A stretch of 64,000 bases of DNA from an uncultured Actinomycetes bacterium (lineage in GTDB: Bacteria > Actinomycetota > Actinomycetes > Mycobacteriales > Jatrophihabitantaceae). The stretch spans positions 10,186 to 74,185 of the forward strand of contig CAVTEA010000016.1 of NCBI GenBank assembly GCA_963733615.1, given 5' to 3'. Below, piece by piece: positions 28,411-38,660 of the stretch (position 1 is the first letter of the stretch; every line of letters begins with the position of its first letter). The position numbers were made by a program, and so were the translations under genes. A model generated the notes under the pieces. That model had not been told where the DNA came from. It saw only the letters and a list, made by a program, of their open reading frames with translations, and searched no databases.

Positions 28411-30027
28411 GTGGTGCTGCAGACCTGGCTCGCGTCGTCGCTGCGGCGGTTCTATCCGGCGACGTCGTCCGAGCGAGCTGATGCCTTCCGCATTCGGGCC
28501 ACGCGCGGTCAGCGGGTCTCGTTCCAGGCCGTGATTCGTACCGCAGATGAGCCGCGCTCGGTCACTGCGAGTGTGTTCGCGCCGGTGGGTGTGTCAGCGC
28601 TCGTTCGCCGGGTCGGTCACGTGCCGCTGAGACACTTGACGACCGGCGTGCAGGCCGGCGATCTGGACGGCCTCAACTATCTGCCCGGCCTGGTGCCGGA
28701 TCCGCTCTTCGACGAGACGACGCTCGAAGCGGGCCCGTGGGAGACGAACAGTTTCTGGATCACGCTATGGATCGGCCACGATCTGCCGCCCGGGGAGTAC
28801 GAAATCGGAGTGCATCTGACCGCACCCGGAGAGGAACCGCATGAACTGTCGCTACAGCTGTTGGTGTCTCCGGCCGTACAACCCGACCGAGCCGGCTTCC
28901 CGATAACGCATTGGCTGCATGTAGACGCGTTGTGCGACTGGTACGGCCTGGAGACCTTCGACGCGGCGTTCTGGCGGATTCTCGGCTTGTACCTGGATGA
29001 CTATGTCGCGCACGGCTCGGATCTTGTGTACGTCCCTCTGTTCACGCCACCCCTGGACGGGGTTCGGCGACCGACCCAGCTCCTCGGTGTCGAGAGCACG
29101 TCGTCGGGGAACTACGCGTTCGACTGGACATTGGTGCACCGGTGGGTAAGGGAGTGCTCGACGCGAGGAGTCGCCGCGTTCGAGTGGACGCACTTGTTCT
29201 CTCAGTGGGGTGCAGCCCATCCGCCGGCGATATACCACGGACGCGGGGAGGACCGACGAAACCTGTGGCCTCCCGACGTGGCGGCGACGTCTGACGTATA
29301 CGTCGATTTCCTCGCACAGTTCCTGCCGCAGCTCGAACGCTTCTTGAACGTCGAGGGATTGACCGAGCGCAGCTACTTCCACCTGTCCGACGAACCCTCA
29401 GGCGACGAAGCCCTTGGCAGGTATCGACAAGCCCGTCACCTGATCGCTCGGCTCGCGCCCTGGATGAGGGTTATCGATGCGCTCAGCGACATCCGCTTCG
29501 CCGACGAGGGGTTGGTGGACGAACCGGTGGCCCTGCTGCCCGAGGCGGCAGAGTTCGTGCGTCACGGGCTACCCGCGTGGGCTTATTTCTGTTGCTTGCC
29601 GCGGGGTCGCTATCTCAACCGCTTCCTCGACACTCCGCTGACGACGGTGGCTATGTCGGGCTGGCTCTTTCACCGCGTTGGCATCAAGGGATTCCTGCAC
29701 TGGGGCTACAACTATTGGTACCGCTCACAGACCTCCGAACTCATCGACCCTTACCTGGTGACCGACGGCGGTGCCTGGCCCAAATGGCCTGCGGGCGACA
29801 CATGCCAGGTGTATCCGGGCGCGTCAGGTCCGGTGGACTCCATCCGGTGGGAGATCTTCGCCGAAAGCTTGCAAGACCTCGCGATGCTGCGCGCGGTGCA
29901 GCCATCGCGGGAGGGGGCGCTGCTGGAGCCGGTACGAGGCTTCGATGACTTTCCCCGCACCGAGTCGTGGCTGGTGGCGGCACGACACGCGTTGATCGAT
30001 TCGCTCGCCGCCGCGACTCGAAGCTGA
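28411..30027 (+). CDS. DUF4091 / GH123-like domain protein (putative glycoside hydrolase)
   Basis: Intact 538-aa ORF with the SD tagggag 5-10 nt upstream. The N-terminal pattern WLASSLRRFYP plus the overall length and composition fit my recollection of DUF4091 (GH123 catalytic-domain) proteins. The family call is from memory, not a search. Confidence 0.55.
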   Translation: MVLQTWLASSLRRFYPATSSERADAFRIRATRGQRVSFQAVIRTADEPRSVTASVFAPVGVSALVRRVGHVPLRHLTTGVQAGDLDGLNYLPGLVPDPLFDETTLEAGPWETNSFWITLWIGHDLPPGEYEIGVHLTAPGEEPHELSLQLLVSPAVQPDRAGFPITHWLHVDALCDWYGLETFDAAFWRILGLYLDDYVAHGSDLVYVPLFTPPLDGVRRPTQLLGVESTSSGNYAFDWTLVHRWVRECSTRGVAAFEWTHLFSQWGAAHPPAIYHGRGEDRRNLWPPDVAATSDVYVDFLAQFLPQLERFLNVEGLTERSYFHLSDEPSGDEALGRYRQARHLIARLAPWMRVIDALSDIRFADEGLVDEPVALLPEAAEFVRHGLPAWAYFCCLPRGRYLNRFLDTPLTTVAMSGWLFHRVGIKGFLHWGYNYWYRSQTSELIDPYLVTDGGAWPKWPAGDTCQVYPGASGPVDSIRWEIFAESLQDLAMLRAVQPSREGALLEPVRGFDDFPRTESWLVAARHALIDSLAAATRS

Positions 30028-30156
30028 GTGCGCATTTCTGCCCGCACACGCATCAAGACGAACAGCAATGAACTGCTAGCCTGTAGCGGAGTCGCGCCGT
30101 CGCGTCGAGGCGCATGAGGTGCGCTGGAAGCTCTCGCCGAGCGGACGAAGGAGGTC

Positions 30157-31941
30157 GTGATGAGGCCGATCCCAATGGGACTCACCCACCGTCAGGCCGC
30201 GCTAGAGCGACTCGGAACCGAGCAGTTCGACGTCCTCGTCGTCGGTGGCGGCATCGTGGGCGCGGGCGCAGCGCTCGACGCCGCGAGCCGGGGTCTGTCC
30301 GTCGCGCTCGTCGAGGCGCGGGACTGGGCGTCGGGAACGTCGAGCCGCACGAGCAAGCTGATCCACGGTGGCTTGCGGTATCTGGAGCAGGGCGACCTTG
30401 CGCTTGTGCGCGAAGCGCTCAAGGAACGTTCGCTGCTGATCACCCGGCTCGCTCCGCACCTCGTACGACCGGTCGCGATCCTGCTGCCCTTGCGGGGACG
30501 CGTGTGGGAGCGGGCCTACATCGGCGCCGGTCTGGTGTTGTACGACCTGATGGCCGGCGGCAAGGTGCTACCGCGTCATCGGCACCTGGGGCGTCGCCGG
30601 GCGCATCAGCAGGCCCCAGGGCTACGGCCCCGGGCGATGGTCGGTGCAATCCAGTACCACGACGCGCAGATGGACGACGCCCGGTACGCCCTCGCGGTCG
30701 TTCGCACCGCTGTCGCGCAGGGCGCGACCGCTGCGAGCGGTGTACAGGTCGAACGCTTCGTCATCGGATCGGACGGCCGCGTGAGCGGCGCATCGGTGGT
30801 GGACGCGGAAGGCGGTTCTCGCTTCGACATCCGAGCCAAGGCGGTTATCAGTGCAACCGGTGTCTGGACGGACGACATCCAGCGGTTGCTCGACTATCCC
30901 AGCGGCTTCCAGGTCCGAGCATCGAAGGGCGTTCATCTCGTCGTGCCACGAGACCGGATCGATCTCGAGTCCGGCCTCATTCTGCGCACCGAGACGAGCG
31001 TGCTGTTCGTCCTCCCGTGGGAGACGCACTGGCTGATCGGTACGACGGACACCGAATGGGAATTCGACAAGACGCACCCGGCGGCTACTGACGCCGACAT
31101 CGACTACCTGTTGCAGCAGGTCAACGCCGTGCTCGAGACGCCGATCGCCCGCTCGGACATTGCGGGTGTCTATGCCGGTCTACGTCCTTTGGTGTCGGGC
31201 GATACCGAGTTGACCGTGCGGCTGTCGCGCGAACATGCCGTGGTGGCGCCAGCACCTGGACTGACTGTCATCGCCGGCGGAAAGTTCACTACCTACCGCA
31301 TCATGGCCAAGGATGCTGTCGACGTAACGGCGCGCGGGCTCGATACGAGCGTGCCCGAATCGGTGACCGATCGACTGCCGCTGCTCGGTGCCGATGGGTT
31401 CGTCGGTCTCTGGCATCGACGACACTCCCTTGCCGACAGCGCGAATCTGCCGGTCTCGAGGATAGAGCGCTTGCTGCGCCGCTACGGGTGGTGTGCAACC
31501 GAATTGCTCGACCTCATCGCCAGCGATGCCGACCTCGGCCGGCCGATTTTCGGCGCCGAGGATTACCTACGCGCAGAGGTGATCTACGCGGTCAATCATG
31601 AGGACGCGCGGCATCTCGACGACGTACTCACACGGCGGACACGCATATTCATGGAGACGTCGGACCGGGGTGCTGAATGCGCTGCTGAGATCGCTCGCCT
31701 GATGGCGCGGGTGCTTGGCTGGGATGAGCGCACAGAACGCGAGGAGATCCGGTGCTGCCTGGACGGGATCGAAGCCGACCGGCAAGCGCAGCGCCAACCG
31801 GACGACCGTAGTGCGAATGCCGTGCGACAGCGCACCGGCCGGATCCACGCGTCAGGGCCCGATGAGGACTCTCGCCCGGTTCGGCCGGCTGACTTCCAGC
31901 AAGCCGACCCGGCAATCGCAGAGCACCGCGCGGCCTCGTGA
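30157..31941 (+). CDS. glpD: FAD-dependent glycerol-3-phosphate dehydrogenase
   Basis: SD gaaggagg lies upstream. The Rossmann motif is DVLVVGGGIVGAGAALDAASRG. GTSSRTSKLIHGGLRYLEQGD is characteristic of GlpD. The C-terminal alpha-helical GlpD domain is present, plus a ~60-aa tail. Confidence 0.9.
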   Translation: MMRPIPMGLTHRQAALERLGTEQFDVLVVGGGIVGAGAALDAASRGLSVALVEARDWASGTSSRTSKLIHGGLRYLEQGDLALVREALKERSLLITRLAPHLVRPVAILLPLRGRVWERAYIGAGLVLYDLMAGGKVLPRHRHLGRRRAHQQAPGLRPRAMVGAIQYHDAQMDDARYALAVVRTAVAQGATAASGVQVERFVIGSDGRVSGASVVDAEGGSRFDIRAKAVISATGVWTDDIQRLLDYPSGFQVRASKGVHLVVPRDRIDLESGLILRTETSVLFVLPWETHWLIGTTDTEWEFDKTHPAATDADIDYLLQQVNAVLETPIARSDIAGVYAGLRPLVSGDTELTVRLSREHAVVAPAPGLTVIAGGKFTTYRIMAKDAVDVTARGLDTSVPESVTDRLPLLGADGFVGLWHRRHSLADSANLPVSRIERLLRRYGWCATELLDLIASDADLGRPIFGAEDYLRAEVIYAVNHEDARHLDDVLTRRTRIFMETSDRGAECAAEIARLMARVLGWDERTEREEIRCCLDGIEADRQAQRQPDDRSANAVRQRTGRIHASGPDEDSRPVRPADFQQADPAIAEHRAAS

Positions 31942-32229
31942 GCGCTTCGCCGCCCTCTTGGGACGTGCGACATACCGAACGACGGCGCGGCCGCCGCGCG
32001 CACCACGCTGGCCACGAAGAAGTCGTTGAGCCGATCCGCCCGTACTCGACAGCAGGTAGGGCGTAGGCGCCGTACACATTCGGCTTGTCCCGAGCCGATC
32101 CTCCCGCGGCGGTCGGTCTGCATGACCCATCTCTTGGCCACCTGGAACGCAGCATGAGCTCCTCGTGTCGCCTCGCTTCGACCAATGCCCCGATCGGGCG
32201 TTCCGTCCGATCTGCGGAACGCGGAGCGT

Positions 32230-32270
32230 AGTCAACAGAGTGTTGACGGTTGCATGTTCAGGCCATAGAG
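32230..32270 (+). promoter_or_regulatory. Strong sigma-70-like promoter (TTGACG-17 nt-TAGAGT, 32242-32270) overlapped by a perfect palindrome GTCAACA-GAG-TGTTGAC (32230-32246)
   Basis: Read directly from the sequence, about 85 bp upstream of the ATG of the solute-binding protein gene (32354). The palindrome covers the -35 hexamer, a classic repressor-operator arrangement. Confidence 0.55.
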
Positions 32271-32353
32271 TGCGCATCAATGAACATCCACCGTTGATTA
32301 TGGGCAGTGTTATCACCTGTTTTGACCAATTGGGATCGAGATGGGGATCGATC

Positions 32354-33670
32354 ATGCATATCTACTCACGCTCGCTTCGGAGCACCGTGGCCACGGCGGC
32401 TGTGGCTGCCATCGCCATTGCTGGCCTCGTCGCCTGTAGTTCGTCGTCTAGCGGCGATGGTGGTACGGGGACGAAGGAGTTCACCTACTGGTCGATGTAC
32501 ACCAAGGACGAGCCGACTGCGAAGGTCATCCAGGCGGGCATCGCGTCGTTCGAGAAGGACACGGGCGTGCAGGTACACGCGCAGTGGCAGGGTCGCGACG
32601 TCCTGACGAAGGTCAAAGCGGCGCTGAACACGAACAAGGTGCCTGACCTGGTCGACCAGGGCTTTCCCGGGCTGAAGGCGACGCTCGCGCTGAGTCACCA
32701 GGCGCTCGATCTCAAGCCGGTGTATGACATGGCGATCCCGGGGGAGAACGGCAAGACCGTGCGCGACGCGGTGCCGACGAGCTACGACTCGCTGACTGCG
32801 GCCGACGGCAAGACGATCCAGGTTCCGTACTACATCTCGACGAACAGCATCTGGTACAGCGCCAAGCAGTACCCGAACCTCGTCAAGAGCCCGCCGACGA
32901 CGTGGGACGAGTTCACCAAGACGTTCGCGGCGGTGAAGGCCAATGGTCAGGCGCCGCTGGCGCACGACACGGACATCCTCGACTACGACTCGACGTTCGT
33001 GGACGCCGCCCTCGAGCGGGCGCTCGGCCCGGGCAAGCTGCACGACCTGGTCGCCGACCACTCCGGCAACGGCTGGGACGACCCAAAGGTCAAGTCCGCG
33101 CTCGGCGCCATCGCTCAGCTAGCCGCGGACAAGGACTACGTCCCGGGCTACGACTCGAGCAAGTACCCGGTGATGGAGAAAGACTGGGCGCACGGTAAGG
33201 CCGCCTACATCTACATGGGCAGCTGGGTACCCCAGTACGACGGCCCGGATGTTGCGAAGGACTACGACATGCGGACCTTCAACTTCCCGCAGCTCGTCGG
33301 CACCGATCAGTCGATGCCGGTCACCACGTACGGATACGCCGTTCCGAGCAAGGCGAAGAACGCGCCGGCCGCGGAGAAGTTCATCGCGTACTTCCTCGGC
33401 CGCACGTGGCTCACCCAGCTGTCGCAGACCGCGCTGATCCTGACGCCGGATCCGACCGTCGCTGTTCCGGCCGTCCTGAAGGACCTGCAGACGCTGATGA
33501 AGACCAACGCTCCCTACCCGGCCGACGACGGCGTCAGTGCAGACTTCCCGGATCTCAGCAAGCAGTTCGACGCGCTCAACCAGGGTCTTATTACCGGCAA
33601 GGACGACGTCGACGCGTACGTGTCGAAGGCGAAGTCGGCGCAGTCGCAGTACTGGAAGTTGAACGGTTGA
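32354..33670 (+). CDS. ABC transporter extracellular solute-binding lipoprotein (family 1, CUT1 sugar / glycerophosphate type)
   Basis: ATG at 32354. The signal peptide has lipobox IAGLVAC followed by a Ser/Gly linker. The 438-aa SBP_bac_1-like body lies upstream of two MalFG-type permease genes. Confidence 0.85.
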   Translation: MHIYSRSLRSTVATAAVAAIAIAGLVACSSSSSGDGGTGTKEFTYWSMYTKDEPTAKVIQAGIASFEKDTGVQVHAQWQGRDVLTKVKAALNTNKVPDLVDQGFPGLKATLALSHQALDLKPVYDMAIPGENGKTVRDAVPTSYDSLTAADGKTIQVPYYISTNSIWYSAKQYPNLVKSPPTTWDEFTKTFAAVKANGQAPLAHDTDILDYDSTFVDAALERALGPGKLHDLVADHSGNGWDDPKVKSALGAIAQLAADKDYVPGYDSSKYPVMEKDWAHGKAAYIYMGSWVPQYDGPDVAKDYDMRTFNFPQLVGTDQSMPVTTYGYAVPSKAKNAPAAEKFIAYFLGRTWLTQLSQTALILTPDPTVAVPAVLKDLQTLMKTNAPYPADDGVSADFPDLSKQFDALNQGLITGKDDVDAYVSKAKSAQSQYWKLNG

Positions 33671-33681
33671 GCGGCACCACC

Positions 33682-34638
33682 GTGGTGGCCACCGAAGACC
33701 ACCGGGTGGCGCAGGCGAAGCCGGCGGCGCGAAGGTCGGGCACACGCAGCTCGCTGGAGAAGCGTCGTCGGCGCCTGTTCTACCCGTTCGTCCTGCCCGC
33801 CCTGACGCTCTACCTGATCTTCTTCATCGCACCGTCCGTCGCCGCGGTCTGGATCAGCTTCAACCGATGGACCGGGTCTGGGCCGATGACCTGGCGCGGC
33901 ACTCGCAACTACACGGTGCTCTTCCAGGACCGGGTGTTCCATAAGGCATTCGAGAACACGCTGATCATCCTGGTCGTCGTCGGACTGGTCGTGTTCACGC
34001 TCAGCTTCGCGTTGACGATGGTCCTGCGCGAGATGCGACGCGGAGGAAAGGCCGTCCGATCGATTCTTTTCTTCCCCTACATCGTCTCGCCGATTGTGCT
34101 GTCGATAATCTGGGGTTTCATCTTTCAGTACAACGGCCTGGTCAACACGATGCTGCAGCATCTCGGGACCGGTCCGGTCAAGTGGCTGTCCGCTGACAAC
34201 CTGTTCAAGATGATTCTGGTCGGCATGGTGTGGATCAACGTGGGCCTGTACGCGACGATCATTCTCGCCGCGGTGGACCGGATCCCGGCACAGTTCTACG
34301 AGGACTCCGCGCTCGCCGGCACGAACGCCTTCCAGCGGTTCCGGTACATCACGCTGCCGATGACGTGGGACGTCGTCTCCGTCGTGGCAATCCTGTGGAC
34401 GATCAACTCGTTGAAAATGTTCGAGTTCATCTTCGCCTTCGGTGGCACCTCGAACGACCTACCAAACCAGTCGGTATGGAACTCGGCGCTGTTTGTGTAC
34501 AGCGCGTCTTTCGGTGGCCGCCAGCCGTCCTACGCCTTGGGGTACGCGTCCGCGGCCGCGATCACGATGCTCGCGCTGTTCGCCGTGTTCGTGCTGCTCC
34601 TGCGGCGCATGTTCCGGCGCGAGCGGATCGAGTTCTGA
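33682..34638 (+). CDS. Carbohydrate ABC transporter permease (MalF/UgpA-like)
   Basis: GTG at 33682, 12 nt after the SBP stop. Polytopic. The N-terminus RRRLFYPFVLPALTLYLIFFIAPSV is typical of CUT1 permeases. Confidence 0.85.
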   Translation: MVATEDHRVAQAKPAARRSGTRSSLEKRRRRLFYPFVLPALTLYLIFFIAPSVAAVWISFNRWTGSGPMTWRGTRNYTVLFQDRVFHKAFENTLIILVVVGLVVFTLSFALTMVLREMRRGGKAVRSILFFPYIVSPIVLSIIWGFIFQYNGLVNTMLQHLGTGPVKWLSADNLFKMILVGMVWINVGLYATIILAAVDRIPAQFYEDSALAGTNAFQRFRYITLPMTWDVVSVVAILWTINSLKMFEFIFAFGGTSNDLPNQSVWNSALFVYSASFGGRQPSYALGYASAAAITMLALFAVFVLLLRRMFRRERIEF

Positions 34639-34660
34639 CGCCGTGATCGGAGACACGGAG

Positions 34661-35572
34661 ATGACCGCGGTAGCCGTAGCACCTGAGGCAGCGCCGAAGA
34701 AGGCACTTAAGGGTGGCCGCCCGGCTCCGGGCACCGAGCGCCGAGCGGTGTTCCAGATCGTCGGTAGCGCGTGCACGTGGCTGCTCGCGGCGTTCAACGT
34801 ATTCGTCCTGCTCTTCATGCTCTTCTCGTCGTTCAAGACGACCAGCCAGATCTTCGACTCGCCGTGGTCGCCGCCGAAGACCCTCCACTGGGGCAACTGG
34901 TCGCAGGCTTGGAACGACAGCGGGTTCGGGCGGGCCGCGTTCAACACCGTGATCCTTGTGTCGGCTGCGTCGGTCACGATCATCGCGATCGCCGCCCCTG
35001 CGGCGTACATGCTGTCCCGGACGCAGACCCGCTCGGCCGAGGCCCTGACCGTCTTCTTCACCATTGGCATCGGCATCCCGACCCAGGTCACGATCATCCC
35101 GCTGTTCGTGATGATGTCGCACGCGAACCTGATCAATAGCCTGTTCGGGCTCTACATCACCTACACGGCGATCTCGCTGCCCTTCACGGTGTTCCTGTTG
35201 ACCGGGTTCTTCAGTTCGCTGCCCGGCCGGCTGGAAGAGGCGGCGACCCTCGACGGCGCGGGCACCGTGCGCACGTTCGTCCAGATCATGCTCCCGCTCG
35301 CCCGCTCCGGTCTGGTCACGGCGCTGATCCTGAACATCATCGGCCTGTGGAACGAGACGTTGATCGCGCTGGTGTTCATCCAGGACCAGAGCAAGTCGAC
35401 GTTGTCGCTGTCGCTGCTGTCGTTCATGTCCACGATCACGCAGTACAGCGCCCATGCCAACTACGGTGCCCTGTTCGCCGGGGTGTCCATCCTCGTGCTG
35501 CCGATGCTCGTCATCTACGTCTGGCTGGGTCGGCGGATCGTGCAGGGAATCACGCTCGGGGCCACGAAATGA
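34661..35572 (+). CDS. Carbohydrate ABC transporter permease (MalG/UgpE-like)
   Basis: ATG at 34661 with ggagacacggag upstream. Polytopic. EAATLDGAG is the EAA-loop motif of the BPD_transp_1 family. Confidence 0.85.
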   Translation: MTAVAVAPEAAPKKALKGGRPAPGTERRAVFQIVGSACTWLLAAFNVFVLLFMLFSSFKTTSQIFDSPWSPPKTLHWGNWSQAWNDSGFGRAAFNTVILVSAASVTIIAIAAPAAYMLSRTQTRSAEALTVFFTIGIGIPTQVTIIPLFVMMSHANLINSLFGLYITYTAISLPFTVFLLTGFFSSLPGRLEEAATLDGAGTVRTFVQIMLPLARSGLVTALILNIIGLWNETLIALVFIQDQSKSTLSLSLLSFMSTITQYSAHANYGALFAGVSILVLPMLVIYVWLGRRIVQGITLGATK

Positions 35573-35588
35573 ATCCAGGAGTCTCCTG

Positions 35589-36680
35589 ATGGCAGATGTC
35601 GTATTCGACAAGGCGACGCGGATCTACGCAGGCGCGGACACGGCCGCGGTCGACGCGCTCGACGTGCGCGTCGAGGACGGCGAGCTCATCGTGCTGGTCG
35701 GCCCCTCCGGCTGCGGCAAGTCGACGACCCTGCGCATGCTCGCGGGTCTTGAGGGCGTCGACGACGGCACCATCCACATCGGTGGCCGCGACGTCACCCA
35801 TGTGCCGCCCAAGAGCCGCGACATCGCGATGGTGTTCCAGGACTACGCCTTGTACCCACACATGACCGTCGCGCAGAACATTGGCTTCCACCTCAAGATC
35901 GCCAAGCTGCCCAAGCAGCAGATCGCCAGTCGGGTCGCTGACGCGGCGCGGCTGCTGGACCTCACCGACTACCTCGGTCGCAAGCCGGCGAAGCTCTCCG
36001 GCGGGCAGCGGCAACGGGTTGCGATGGGTCGCGCTATCGTCCGCGAGCCCAAGGTCTTCCTGATGGACGAACCGTTGTCGAACCTCGACGCGAAACTGCG
36101 CGTCCAGACCCGCACCCAGATCGCCTCGCTCCAGCGTCGCCTGGGAGTTACGACGGTCTACGTGACACACGATCAGGTCGAGGCGATGACGCTCGGCGAT
36201 CGTGTCGCTGTGATGAAGGATGGACTCCTGCAGCAGGTCGACCGGCCACGTGTGCTGTTCGACCGGCCGGTAAACACGTTTGTCGCCGGATTCATCGGCT
36301 CACCGCCCATGAACCTCCTGCATGGCGAACTGGCCGGCGAGGACGTCCACGTCGGTGAGCTCGTGCTGCGCGTGGGCCGGCAGCAGCGGACGGCGCTTAC
36401 CAGCGGCGGAGTGGTCGTCGGTATCCGAACGGACGCTTTCACGATGGAGAGCGACGGCGATGACAAACGGGGCCTTCGCGCGATCGTGGAGCTGGTCGAG
36501 GACCTGGGGTCGGACGCCTACGCGTACTGCACGACCGACGTCGGCGGACGCGAGATCCAGGTGGCGGTTCGCGTGCATCCCGACGACGTCCCTGAACGCG
36601 GGGCCAAGGTGAGCTTGGTTTCGCAACCGCACGCCGTGCACCTGTTCGACGCGGCTACCGGCGCTCGGCTGCCCGATTGA
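35589..36680 (+). CDS. Sugar ABC transporter ATP-binding protein (MalK/UgpC/MsiK-like)
   Basis: Walker A GPSGCGKST, signature LSGGQRQRVAMGRA and Walker B FLMDEPLSNLD are present, plus a C-terminal TOBE-like regulatory domain. Confidence 0.9.
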   Translation: MADVVFDKATRIYAGADTAAVDALDVRVEDGELIVLVGPSGCGKSTTLRMLAGLEGVDDGTIHIGGRDVTHVPPKSRDIAMVFQDYALYPHMTVAQNIGFHLKIAKLPKQQIASRVADAARLLDLTDYLGRKPAKLSGGQRQRVAMGRAIVREPKVFLMDEPLSNLDAKLRVQTRTQIASLQRRLGVTTVYVTHDQVEAMTLGDRVAVMKDGLLQQVDRPRVLFDRPVNTFVAGFIGSPPMNLLHGELAGEDVHVGELVLRVGRQQRTALTSGGVVVGIRTDAFTMESDGDDKRGLRAIVELVEDLGSDAYAYCTTDVGGREIQVAVRVHPDDVPERGAKVSLVSQPHAVHLFDAATGARLPD

Positions 36681-37740
36681 TGGGTGCTCGTTCGAACCTC
36701 GTCCTTGTCGCTGCGGATCAATGGCGCGGTGACTGTCTCTCAGTGGCCGGGCACGAGGTGGTACGCACGCCCACTCTGGATCAGCTGGCGGCCCGCGGCA
36801 CGCGATTCAGCAACGCTTACAGTGCCACCCCGACCTGCATTCCGGCGCGCACGGCGCTGATGACAGGCCTCGCCCAGGAGACGCACCGGCGAGTCGGCTA
36901 CCGCGACGGCGTGCCGTTCGACTATCCGATCACGCTTGCCGGTGAGTTCCGGCGAGGTGGGCATCAGACGCGGGCGATCGGGAAGATGCACGTCTGGCCG
37001 GAGCGGGCACGCATCGGCTTTGACGACGTCGCCCTGCACGACGGATACGTCCACTTCTCGCGCCGGCGATCGCGGGCCACCGAGCTGTTCGACGACTACC
37101 TGCCCTGGCTTCGGCAGCGGGCTGGCGACGCGGCGGCGGACTACGCCGATCACGGCCTGGACTGCAACGCCATCCTCGCTCGTCCGTGGGACAAGGACGA
37201 GGCACTGCACCCGACGAACTGGGTCGTCAGCGAGGCGATCTCCTGGCTGTATCGGCGCGACGTCACCGCGCCGTTCTTCCTGTACCTGTCCTTCCATCGG
37301 CCGCACCCGCCATACGACCCGCCGCAGTGGGCCTTCGACCAATACCTCGACACGCCGCGGAGTTGCCGATTCCCGAGGACCTGGACGGCCGAAGTGTATT
37401 GCCCTTGACGCAAGGGATCCGCCCGCCGTGGCGTGAGTACCTGCACGGCGAACACACGCTGCTCGATCAATCCATGCAGTGGCTCACCGATGGCCGGGAG
37501 AAGTACGTCTGGCTGTCCGGCAGCGGCCGGGAGCAGCTGTTCGACCTCGTCGCCGACCCGGCCGAGCGCCAAGACCTCGCACTGTCACCGCAGCACGCGC
37601 ACCGGGCGAGGCCCTGGCGTTCGCGGATGGTCGAGGTGCTGAGCGGGCGCGAGGAAGGCTACGTCGTCGACGGCGACCTCGTGGCGGGTCGACCGGTGCT
37701 GGATCTGCTGTCTACGGCCGCGCCCTGGAAGCCGTCGTGA
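36677..37740 (+). pseudogene. Sulfatase (formylglycine-dependent), disrupted by a frameshift and probably an internal deletion near 37360
   Basis: ORF 36677..37408 carries the C-x-P-x-R motif (TPTCIPARTALMTG) and the sulfatase N-domain. The C-terminal part (LPIPEDLDGRSVLPL...EQLFDLVADPAERQDL) continues in another frame (ORF 37186..37740). The combined length is about 100 aa shorter than I expect for this family. Confidence 0.6.
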
Positions 37741-37748
37741 CGGCGCGC

Positions 37749-38633
37749 ATGCCGCAGAGCAGCGCACGGTTGATTGCGGTCACCGATCAGTCGATCGGGC
37801 GCATCCTCGTCTTCGACTTCGATCTTGACGGGTCGCTCGTCGAGGGTTGCCCGCCCGGGACGGTCTGGTGTTGGCAGCCGGATAGCGCCGCGTGGGGGAG
37901 GCCCTCAGACGTCCGCCTTCGGCGCGACGGATCCGGCGCGCAGTGCATGCTCGTCGCGGACTCGTACGGCCTGGCCGCAGTGGTCGGCGCGGACGGTGAG
38001 CTGCTGTGGTGTGCGGACGTCGGGCCGACCGCGAACCCGCACGCCGCCGAGCTTCTGCCCAATGGTCGGGTCGCGGTTGCGGCGAGCACGGCTGGTTGGG
38101 TACGCGTCTATGCCGGCCTGTCGGCGCCACACGACGAACGCTTCGTGGAGTTCAGGTTGCCCGGCGCGCACGGCGTCCTGTGGGATCAGGCCCGTGGTGT
38201 GCTGTGGGTGCTCGGTACGGATCGGCTCTGCAGCCTGCGGCCGAGCGGCGACGCCACCGTACTCGCGCCGCTCACCGATGACGAACTCCCCAGCCGCGGC
38301 GGTCACGATCTGCAACCGGTCTACGAGAACAGCGATCTGCTGTGGCTGACGACGTCCAGTGAGGTCTACCAGTTCTCGACGAGCGGGCGGAGCTGGTCCA
38401 CGACGTACCCGCATGCGACGTCGGCGAATCGCGCGAACGTCAAGAGCGTCGGCTCGAACCCGTTGAGCGGCGAGATCCTGCAGACGGTGCCGGCGCCCGG
38501 CGCGGTGCCCGAATGGGTGACCGACACCATCGACATCTGCGCAGCGAGCCGTCGCAGCATCCGTAGCGAAGGGCAGTTCTACAAGGCGCGCTACTGGATC
38601 GCTGACCCAGTGACGCAACACCGACCCGCGTAG
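37749..38633 (+). CDS. Uncharacterised protein, paralog A (no signal peptide; possibly beta-propeller-like)
   Basis: ATG at 37749 (alternative GTG at 37737 overlaps the sulfatase stop). It shares blocks with 38661..39674: AELLPNGRVAVAASTAGWVRVY, AHGVLWD, GGHDLQPVY, VKSVGSNPLSGEILQTVP and FYKARYW. Confidence 0.7.
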   Translation: MPQSSARLIAVTDQSIGRILVFDFDLDGSLVEGCPPGTVWCWQPDSAAWGRPSDVRLRRDGSGAQCMLVADSYGLAAVVGADGELLWCADVGPTANPHAAELLPNGRVAVAASTAGWVRVYAGLSAPHDERFVEFRLPGAHGVLWDQARGVLWVLGTDRLCSLRPSGDATVLAPLTDDELPSRGGHDLQPVYENSDLLWLTTSSEVYQFSTSGRSWSTTYPHATSANRANVKSVGSNPLSGEILQTVPAPGAVPEWVTDTIDICAASRRSIRSEGQFYKARYWIADPVTQHRPA

Positions 38634-38660
38634 CCCGCGGGAACTCGAGAAGGGACGCGA

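Noticed and set aside
30114-31091. 325-aa ORF overlapping the start of glpD in another frame
   Set aside because: The translation is Arg/Gly/Pro-rich and overlaps the well-supported GlpD frame, which has the FAD Rossmann motif and an SD.
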